A stretch of 53,291 nucleotides of DNA from Candidatus Giovannonibacteria bacterium RIFCSPHIGHO2_01_FULL_45_24 (GTDB taxonomy: Bacteria; Patescibacteriota; Minisyncoccia; UBA11713; 2-01-FULL-45-33). The DNA lies in NCBI GenBank assembly GCA_001778495.1, contig MFHE01000010.1, positions 1 through 53,291 of the forward strand, read 5' to 3'. Shown here one piece after another: positions 24,507 through 31,520 of the stretch (position 1 is the stretch's first letter; every line of letters starts with the position of its first letter). The notes beneath the pieces are model-generated. The model made no database searches, was not told the origin of the DNA, and saw only the letters and a program-made list of their open reading frames with translations. Both the position numbers and the translations under genes were made by a program.

Positions 24507-24522
24507 GAAAATCAGTTTCGGA

Positions 24523-25650
24523 TTATCGGGGTTTTGGAGCGGACTGCAGCTGCAGGAACCATGGGACTTCGTCTGAAGAGGTCGTCGGAGCTGGCGCGGG
24601 CGTAGGAGCTGGGGCAGGAGTCGGAGCAGGAGCTGGTGCCGGTGTTGCTCCGCTCATAAGTTCCTGAAGCTTCTTGAGGGTTGCCGGGCCCACGCGGCCG
24701 ACTTGCGAGATGCCATATTTGGCCTGAAAACGTTTGACTGCGGCTGTAGTTAAAGGCCCGTAATAACCCGTTACCGAACCATCGGGATAAACATCTTTAT
24801 CTTTTGCCAAAAATTCCTGAAGCGCCATAACATCGTCGCTTCTTGCGCCGGGGTCGAGTTCCCTTGTAAAGCCAGGTGCTGAAGGCGCGGCCGGAGTTGG
24901 CGCGGCCGCTGACGGAGCTCCGGCTCCGAATACCTCAGCCAGTTTCGCGCGCGTTGCCGGACCGACCCTGCCGACTTGTGAAATGTCGTATTTTGCTTGG
25001 AAGCGTTTTACGGCCTGCGCAGTCAAACTCCCAAAATAACCGCTCACGGTCCCTTCAGGGTAAATACTTTTATCTTGAGCCAGTAATTGCTGGAGTCGCG
25101 TCACGTCACTGCCCCTTGAGCCGAGAGCCAAGTCGCTGTTAAAAACCGGACTGACGGCTTGGGCCGCTGCGGATGGTTGGGCGACTGTTGCGGCCGGAAC
25201 CTGCGACACAACTGGAACAGTTGGCGCGTAAGAGCCTCCGCCGCCACCGCCGCCTCCGCCTCCGCCTCCGCCTCCGCCGGTGCTGCAAGTAGTGGTGTTA
25301 CCGGTAACGGAAAAGGTTGCGGTTACGCCGCCGGATGGATTGGTTATTGTGTAAGTGCTATCTGAAGAAGTACAAGCCAAGCTGGATTGTATTGAGGCAG
25401 TTTCTGGAACAGTTAGAGTCACTCTGTCTGTAGAATTCAGCTTGATGGTCTGGCCTGCGGACATAGTCACGGAAAAATCGGCCTCGTTGACCGTTATAGA
25501 ATCCACAACAAACGCGTTTCCTGAAACAGTCCAATTTTTGCCATTTAAAGTAATTACGACGCCCGGGTGCAGAGTTGCGTCTCCCACAGCCGAGGCAAAA
25601 GCAAAAGGAACTGACATTAAGATGGCGAAAATTTTAAAGTAAATTTTCAT
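24523..25650 (-). CDS. Secreted protein with two peptidoglycan-binding (PG_binding_1-like) repeats, a Gly15 tract and a Pro/Ala-rich tail
   Basis: Signal peptide, and two copies of ...GSRGSDV..LQ..LA.DK..YP.G.V.GY.G.LT..AVKRFQAKY.ISQVGRVGPAT. Confidence 0.8.
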   Translation of the reverse strand: MKIYFKIFAILMSVPFAFASAVGDATLHPGVVITLNGKNWTVSGNAFVVDSITVNEADFSVTMSAGQTIKLNSTDRVTLTVPETASIQSSLACTSSDSTYTITNPSGGVTATFSVTGNTTTCSTGGGGGGGGGGGGGGGSYAPTVPVVSQVPAATVAQPSAAAQAVSPVFNSDLALGSRGSDVTRLQQLLAQDKSIYPEGTVSGYFGSLTAQAVKRFQAKYDISQVGRVGPATRAKLAEVFGAGAPSAAAPTPAAPSAPGFTRELDPGARSDDVMALQEFLAKDKDVYPDGSVTGYYGPLTTAAVKRFQAKYGISQVGRVGPATLKKLQELMSGATPAPAPAPTPAPAPTPAPAPTTSSDEVPWFLQLQSAPKPR

Positions 25651-25682
25651 AAGTAATTTTTGTAATTATTTACTTGTCAAAT

Positions 25683-26525
25683 TTACTTGCAAGAGCCGGC
25701 CTCAACCTGCAAAACCGTTGTGTTAAAGTTATTTAACGTTGTCGTGCCGACATAAAGTCTAAATACAGTGCCATCTGTTGACCGCACAAGCTCAATACAA
25801 CTACCCTTTTTTGTTCCGCTAGTATCTAGATATAAGGTTGTGGTAGCGGCACTAGTGGCGGATAATTCAGCCGCCGGAGTAGATGTCCCGCCCGCGCCGA
25901 TGAATCCTTGTGTCGCGAATTGGCCGGAGGACCCCGTAGTTGTAGCCGTGCCGGACACCATAAGAGAGTTGGCTCCGGTTGAAATAGAAATGCCGGATGA
26001 GGAAGCAAAACCGAGAGTAGTGAGACCGGTCACTCCTAAAGTGCTGCTTAGGGTAGTTGCGCCTGTTACCGCAAGCGTGCCGGTAGCAGTGATATTGGAA
26101 ACATTCACCAAAGCGCCGGAAATGTAAGCGCTGCCCTGAACCGCCAAACTATTTCCAACCAAAGCAAAGGGAGTGGAAGTTGAAACTCCCAAAGTGCTGC
26201 CCGTAGTTATGGCTCCGGTCAATGTTGAGGCGCCTGTGACTGAAAGCGTTCCTGTTGCGGTGATATTGGAAACATTCATCAAATTGCCTGCGATATAAAC
26301 ATTGCCCTGGACTGAAATCATGGCGGTGTCAGACGGCGTGGAAGACGCGACCGCAACGGCTCCCGTAAGAGTGGACGCGCCGGAAACCGTGAGCGTCCCT
26401 CCGGTGTTTACATTAGTGCTAATAGTGGTTGCGGAATAAACAATCCCCGCGACCATTAGTACAGAAACAAGTCCAGACGCCGCCACGGTGATGGACTGTT
26501 TCTTTGAGAGAAGAAAATTCTTCAT
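25683..26525 (-). CDS. Secreted/anchored Thr-Gly-Ser-rich repeat protein with a C-terminal Cys pair
   Basis: N-terminal TM. 57-aa tandem repeat (NVSNITATGTL.VTGA.TL...). C-terminus GSCIEL...EAGSCK. Confidence 0.7.
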   Translation of the reverse strand: MKNFLLSKKQSITVAASGLVSVLMVAGIVYSATTISTNVNTGGTLTVSGASTLTGAVAVASSTPSDTAMISVQGNVYIAGNLMNVSNITATGTLSVTGASTLTGAITTGSTLGVSTSTPFALVGNSLAVQGSAYISGALVNVSNITATGTLAVTGATTLSSTLGVTGLTTLGFASSSGISISTGANSLMVSGTATTTGSSGQFATQGFIGAGGTSTPAAELSATSAATTTLYLDTSGTKKGSCIELVRSTDGTVFRLYVGTTTLNNFNTTVLQVEAGSCK

Positions 26526-26583
26526 AAAAATTTTAATGCTAATAAAAACGAATAATTAAAGTTCGACGCTTTAAGCTGTTTTT

Positions 26584-26592
26584 ATTATAGCA
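26584..26592 (-). promoter_or_regulatory. Extended -10 (TGCTATAAT) upstream of 25683..26525
   Basis: Plus strand attatagca. Confidence 0.45.
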
Positions 26593-26612
26593 TTATGCAC
26601 CAATAGGCCGGT

Positions 26613-26621
26613 TGTGGATAA
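26613..26621 (-). promoter_or_regulatory. Perfect DnaA-box 9-mer, 1 nt after the stop of 26623..28881
   Basis: Plus strand tgtggataa. Confidence 0.35.
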
Positions 26622-26622
26622 C

Positions 26623-28881
26623 TTATCGAGGATTTCTCCCCGCCCTTACTTCCTCTATAAAATACTCCCCTTGCTCCTTAAATTGAGGATTGAGCTCTAT
26701 GGCCTTTTGAAGCTCTTTTATGGCATTTTGACGCTCTCCCAGCTGCATATAAGTTGCCGCCAGATTCACGCGGTATTGGGCGTTTCCGGGTTCCTGTTTT
26801 ATATAAAGCAGCCAGATATCGCGTACTTTTTTATAGTTCCCCACTCTGGCGTAAGCGGTAAGCAGGTTTTGGTCGGCGACTATCCCGTTTTTAAAAACTT
26901 TAGATAAAATTTCTTCAGCGTATCCTTCGTTTTTATTGAGTATGGCAACCAAAGCCAGGTTTTTCACGGATTCCCCGTAAGTCGGGTCAAGGTCGTAGGC
27001 CTCCTGCAAAATTTCCAGCGCTTTGTTGTTGTCCCCTTTCGTGATATTCGCGTCAGCCAGTAAAAAATAAATTTGCTGTTTTTGGGGCGACAATTCACGC
27101 GCCTTTGTGAGGGTTTTCAGCGCGTCGTCAATCCGCCCGATTTTCAAATAAAGCGCCGAAAGAAAAAGATGTGCTCTTGCGTCTTTTGGATTCTCCGCGG
27201 CCTGACGCTCCATTTCAACAATGGCTTTCTGCGCCGCCTTAACTTTGAGCTCCATCGGGACGTTAAATCCTGCGATTTTGTTTGCGTAGCCGGCGAGCTG
27301 TTCTCTGGCTTCCCCGTTGCCAAAAGTCTTAAGCTCAAACACCCTGTCAAAATCCGCTAAAACTTTGTCAACGTTTCCGGAATCCGTCGCCATGCCCTTC
27401 AGCGCATCAAGCAACCTTTGGTTTGCAAAAAGCGGTTTAAAATTCAGGAAGTAGAGAGAAAACAAAACCGCGATAAAAATAAAAATTACGGCGACGTATT
27501 TAGCAAAAAAAACTTCCGCGCCTGAACGGTTGCCCAGCTCTTTGAAACCGGGTTTTGAGACTTCCAAAAAACCCGGTTTCTTGCCGCTGGGCGAAGCCAA
27601 AAATTGGACGAACCCCAAAACGGAGAAAAAAATGAAATAGGAAGTAAGGTTGTCAAAAACAAAAAGATTGTGAAAAAAATAAGCGGCGAAAAGCGAGGTG
27701 AAAGCGGCTGTGGCAAATTTATCCGATTGATTTTTCCAAAGCGTGTAAATCGCCGCGGCGAAAATCCCCAGATAAGCAATCAGCCCAAGCGCCCCGCCCT
27801 GCGCCAGCCAGTCAAAAAATACGTTGTGGGCTCTGTCAAACCACGGCTCCTGTGGCCACAACCTGGCCTTATAGTACTTATTGAAGACAAGATTAAAATT
27901 TTCAAGTCCTACTCCCAAAACAGGATGTTCCTTGAACCCATCCAGCGCCATACCCCAGATGGTAAGGCGCGATTTCACGGTCTGCTCCTGGGGGGAGATG
28001 TCTGCAAATCTCTTAAGCACGTAGTTTTTGTCTACAAAACTTGTATTTTTGAGGGCAAAAAACACGCCCGCCAAAATCACAACGACCCCGATTACGCCAA
28101 ACGCTAAAATTTTTGATTTGCGGCTTCTTTCAATAAAAGCCAATAAAAGACCGAAGAGCGCCGTGCCTCCCATAAGGCCGATGATTGCCCCGCGCGTAGC
28201 GGTTAAAAATACGATTGGCACTTCCATAATAAGCACGAACGCCAAAATGCTCCGTATCCAAATTCTTTCTTCCCCGAAAAAGTAATAGGCGAGCAGAAAA
28301 AGATGAAATACTAGGTAAATGGCAAGATAAGTAGAATTGCCGAGCGTCGCGTCCAGCCGGACATCGGATTGGTGGATTTCCAATCTCCCCATAAACTGCA
28401 GGTATGAATAAGCCGTGATTATGAAACTCACCGCGATGCCCGAATAAAAAAATCTCCGCCAGTCCGTTTGCGATTTAAAAACGCCGATGAGCATTATAAA
28501 ATACGCAAAAAGGTGAAGATGCCCCAGAAGCCCTTCCATGCGCTCGTAGTTTGACCAAAAGCTGCGGTAAGGATTTGCTCCCAAAACCGTGGACAAAATC
28601 AAAACGGACATAGTAGCCGCAACCGCCCAAAAAATTGGAGATGGCCTGGGGCGATATTTTTTATCAAAAATGGCCGCAGTTGCCCAAAGGGCGAATAAAA
28701 TCTCAACCGCCATTCTGAAAAAAAAGTTTTTTCCGGTGATGAACGGGAAAAATAAATCACCGACTCCAGGAAGCAAAACATTGGCAAAAAAATTTCCGCC
28801 CACAATCAGCGTAGCTGCCGGCAAAACGCAAAGCCCGACTTTGATTATTCTAACAATGATGTCTATTGTTTTTTGCGACAT
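26623..28881 (-). CDS. O-antigen ligase/polymerase-like (Wzy_C) membrane protein fused to C-terminal TPR repeats
   Basis: 752 aa, about 12 TM helices, then about 7 TPR-like repeats (...ALELNPQF...). Confidence 0.78.
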   Translation of the reverse strand: MSQKTIDIIVRIIKVGLCVLPAATLIVGGNFFANVLLPGVGDLFFPFITGKNFFFRMAVEILFALWATAAIFDKKYRPRPSPIFWAVAATMSVLILSTVLGANPYRSFWSNYERMEGLLGHLHLFAYFIMLIGVFKSQTDWRRFFYSGIAVSFIITAYSYLQFMGRLEIHQSDVRLDATLGNSTYLAIYLVFHLFLLAYYFFGEERIWIRSILAFVLIMEVPIVFLTATRGAIIGLMGGTALFGLLLAFIERSRKSKILAFGVIGVVVILAGVFFALKNTSFVDKNYVLKRFADISPQEQTVKSRLTIWGMALDGFKEHPVLGVGLENFNLVFNKYYKARLWPQEPWFDRAHNVFFDWLAQGGALGLIAYLGIFAAAIYTLWKNQSDKFATAAFTSLFAAYFFHNLFVFDNLTSYFIFFSVLGFVQFLASPSGKKPGFLEVSKPGFKELGNRSGAEVFFAKYVAVIFIFIAVLFSLYFLNFKPLFANQRLLDALKGMATDSGNVDKVLADFDRVFELKTFGNGEAREQLAGYANKIAGFNVPMELKVKAAQKAIVEMERQAAENPKDARAHLFLSALYLKIGRIDDALKTLTKARELSPQKQQIYFLLADANITKGDNNKALEILQEAYDLDPTYGESVKNLALVAILNKNEGYAEEILSKVFKNGIVADQNLLTAYARVGNYKKVRDIWLLYIKQEPGNAQYRVNLAATYMQLGERQNAIKELQKAIELNPQFKEQGEYFIEEVRAGRNPR

Positions 28882-29049
28882 GGTTTAAATAATAACAAAA
28901 GCAAAACCCAAGGCAAGGGAAAAGAAAAAGGCCCGGGGTTGAGAGATTCGTCGCGTAGTTAGTCCGTCTGTCCAGCTTGGATCTGGTTTTTCTGTTTTTG
29001 CTGGCTCCTCGATTTTTGTCAAGCGCGCGTGGTAATGCTCTGCCCGGCA

Positions 29050-29076
29050 GCACTTGGAAGCCGGACTTCCAAGTGC
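29050..29076 (+). repeat. REP-like perfect hairpin, left flank
   Basis: GCACTTGGAAG-CCGGA-CTTCCAAGTGC: 11-bp arms and a 5-nt loop. Confidence 0.9.
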
Positions 29077-29088
29077 TAATATGGCAAT

Positions 29089-29733
29089 ATGAGAAAAGAA
29101 GTATTTGCCGTTGGCAAATTTTATCATATCTACAACCGCGGGACTGATAAGCGAAAGATTTTCCTAGATAAATACGACTTTGAGCGATTCCTGCAAAGCA
29201 TGCAAGAATTTAATACGCTAGAACCAATAGGTAGTATTTATGAAAATTCTTTCGTAAAAGATCAACTTGGGAGTTCGGCTTCCAAGCAACGCAAATTAGT
29301 AAATTGCGTGGCTTATTGCCTTAATCCAAATCACTATCATTTTATTCTTCAGCAAACCAAAGAAAGAGGCGTAGAAAAATTTATGCAAAGACTCGGCACT
29401 GGTTTTACAAACTATTTTAATAATAAATACCACCGCAGTGGAGTATTGTTTCAGGGCAAATTTAAATCTCGCCATATTGACTCCAATGAGTATCTTTTAC
29501 ATATAAGCGCTTATGTAAATTTAAACGACCGCATCCACCGATTTGGGAGTTCGGCTTCCAAGTCGAGTTGGATAGAGTATGTAGAAAAACAAAAAGGGAT
29601 TTGTGAGAAAAAAATAATCCTAGATCAATTTGGAAACGTTGCGGAGTATAAAGCTTTTGCGGAAAGCTCGCTCAAAGACATATTGGCACGCAAACAACTT
29701 TACAAAGAGCTGGAAATATTACTGTTTGATTAA
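29089..29733 (+). CDS. HUH/Y1 single-strand DNA transposase, IS200-like / REP-associated (RAYT-like)
   Basis: 214 aa. N-terminal FYHIYNRG, HUH motif NPNHYHFIL, C-terminal Tyr region (EYLLHISAYVNLN). Confidence 0.78.
   Translation: MRKEVFAVGKFYHIYNRGTDKRKIFLDKYDFERFLQSMQEFNTLEPIGSIYENSFVKDQLGSSASKQRKLVNCVAYCLNPNHYHFILQQTKERGVEKFMQRLGTGFTNYFNNKYHRSGVLFQGKFKSRHIDSNEYLLHISAYVNLNDRIHRFGSSASKSSWIEYVEKQKGICEKKIILDQFGNVAEYKAFAESSLKDILARKQLYKELEILLFD
29266..29286 (+). repeat. REP-like hairpin copy inside the transposase ORF (internal copy 1)
   Basis: CTTGGGAG-TTCGG-CTTCCAAG, translated as LGSSASK. Confidence 0.85.
29543..29563 (+). repeat. REP-like hairpin copy inside the transposase ORF (internal copy 2)
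   Basis: TTGGGAG-TTCGG-CTTCCAAGT; 29542-29562 matches copy 1 at 20 of 21 positions. Translated as FGSSASK. Confidence 0.85.
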
Positions 29734-29772
29734 CTTGGAAGCCGGACTTCCAAGTGCATCTTCCAAGTGCAT
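29733..29772 (+). repeat. REP-like hairpin, right flank, plus a 13-nt tandem duplication
   Basis: ACTTGGAAG-CCGGA-CTTCCAAGTGC (29733-29757) starts in the TAA stop codon. CTTCCAAGTGCAT occurs twice (29747-29759, 29760-29772). Confidence 0.9.
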
Positions 29773-31520
29773 TATAGTTCGTATTCTATGACAATCGTAT
29801 CGTTTTGCTTCGGATGAAAGACACGAGTTTTTTTGCCGAGTCCCATCCCAACCCACGCAAGACAGCGGGGAGGCCGCTTAACCCCCACTTGATCGCGGAC
29901 GGAAACTGTATCTTCTCCGAACGTGTATTTTCTTTTCAAAATAAAATCGTCGCGCCGTTCTCCGTCGCGCGCCGCCGGCGCTACTTTGTAGGATGCCTCG
30001 CGCGGAGAAACGTCGGCGGTCACTTCCCCGCTCCACTCCGTGGAAATCAGAGGCGAAAACGCAGACAAAATGCGCCTTAAAAAATGCCCCGCGAAGAGAT
30101 GCCAAAACGCCCGAATATTTCCGGCGCGAAGTTCAACAAGCATGTAAAACACATGGCTTTTCAGTTCTTGCCGCTCATTTCTAAGAATCCTCAACGCGCG
30201 CCTAACTCGCATCAAAAACGAATGTGACAGCGGCACAGCCACCCAGCTGCCGTAGCCCATGCCGCTTTCTACCTCCCCATGGCGCGCGGGGAGTTGATTG
30301 GCGAATCCTTGCGATTTTTTGCCAAAATAAAGTATATTGCCTCCGCCGTATCCGGAGCCCCAGCTCATTGTCGGCGCGGACGTTTTCCCGCGCAGAGTTA
30401 CAAGATATGATGGCTTCCCAACGCGCAGAATGTCGGCGTTGGGGAAGTAAGCGTATTCGTCTTGCGGCATATTTGTTTTTTGCGGAACAAGATTCCGCAC
30501 GCGCGCAAGCCAGGCAACTTGGCAGGTCCAGAAAATTTTACATTGAAAATTTTCTCCGGTCTTGGAAGCGGTAATCCAGCCTCCCTCTTTCTGCTCACTC
30601 TCCAAGCGCTCCCACATAAGCCGCGCGTATTGCGTTGCTAATTCATCTCCGGCGCGTTCGCCCCACGCCAAAAGAGCGTAGAGGTCAAAAGAATAGCTGG
30701 CCACTTCGTAGAAAGAGTGCCAATACCAGCGTTTTGTTTCCGCCCGGATGCTTTTTAGCCCGTCTCTGCCGATTAGCGCGATCAGCGCCCGAATCCCCTT
30801 GCTTAAATTTGCTTCGTGCGAGCGCCAATCAACTCCAAGCCGGTCAAGAGAATATAATATAAAACCGATGTGCCGGGAATGATAAAAAGAAGTGATGTCG
30901 CGCGCGGAGCCCGGCATGCACGACTTCTCCGGAGAAGGATGGTACGAAAAAAACCCGTCCGCCAACTGCTCCCGAAAAGCGCGCTCAATTCCTTTTAAAA
31001 CGGCGTCTTTCCATTTTTTTTCATGAAATAAAGCGTAGGCGGCGGCGAGCCCGGTCCCCGCCCACAATCTCTGGTTGGTAATCGGCTTTTCTGACGCCGC
31101 TTCCGCAAGATAACTGGAAGAAACTTTCCATACGGCGTCGCGATATTTTTTTATTGTTTCCTCCGAAAGGCCGCTCTCTGGATGAAGCAGAAGAGAGGAA
31201 AGCGCGTCAATTCCGGAGCCCGCGTCCAAACTTGAATTGGACATATTGTATCTTGAGTAATTTCCGGGCCACACTATCCAATATTTTCCCGAGGGGTCCG
31301 GTTTTATTTTAGAATACACGAACTCCGCGTAGAGCTTCGCGCGTTCCAAATATTCAGCTCCCCCGGTCGCGTCAAAAAGCTCCAAATTCAATATCGCCGC
31401 GTAGGCGATTTTTCCGGTATGTTCAACTCTGTGTTTCGCGCAAAAAATATTTCCGTTCCTCTCCGAAGCGCCCAAAAGCGCGCCGGACGCTTTTTTAAGA
31501 AATTCCAGAGGGGCGTCCAT
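29772..31520 (-). CDS. Hypothetical protein, possibly (alpha/alpha)-toroid polysaccharide lyase/epimerase-like
   Basis: 582 aa with a helical-repeat N-terminal half. Assignment is weak. Confidence 0.5.
   Translation of the reverse strand: MDAPLEFLKKASGALLGASERNGNIFCAKHRVEHTGKIAYAAILNLELFDATGGAEYLERAKLYAEFVYSKIKPDPSGKYWIVWPGNYSRYNMSNSSLDAGSGIDALSSLLLHPESGLSEETIKKYRDAVWKVSSSYLAEAASEKPITNQRLWAGTGLAAAYALFHEKKWKDAVLKGIERAFREQLADGFFSYHPSPEKSCMPGSARDITSFYHSRHIGFILYSLDRLGVDWRSHEANLSKGIRALIALIGRDGLKSIRAETKRWYWHSFYEVASYSFDLYALLAWGERAGDELATQYARLMWERLESEQKEGGWITASKTGENFQCKIFWTCQVAWLARVRNLVPQKTNMPQDEYAYFPNADILRVGKPSYLVTLRGKTSAPTMSWGSGYGGGNILYFGKKSQGFANQLPARHGEVESGMGYGSWVAVPLSHSFLMRVRRALRILRNERQELKSHVFYMLVELRAGNIRAFWHLFAGHFLRRILSAFSPLISTEWSGEVTADVSPREASYKVAPAARDGERRDDFILKRKYTFGEDTVSVRDQVGVKRPPRCLAWVGMGLGKKTRVFHPKQNDTIVIEYEL

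Larger units (their letters stand above)
29050..29772 (+). mobile_element. IS200/RAYT-like unit: hairpin - HUH/Y1 transposase - hairpin
   Basis: Identical hairpins at 29050-29076 and 29733-29757 bracket the 29089..29733 ORF. Total length is about 720 bp. Confidence 0.7.

Noticed and set aside
24590-24660. Periodic gctgg/gcagg/ggagc repeats (and the 25235-25280 GGN run) as a CRISPR-like or satellite array
   Set aside because: They are in-frame codon repeats for Pro/Ala/Thr and Gly linkers of one secreted protein. There is no repeat-spacer architecture.
28885-29127. 80-aa minus-strand ORF across the left hairpin
   Set aside because: It runs through the hairpin and the putative promoter, overlaps the transposase start antisense, and has no start context. 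It is likely spurious.
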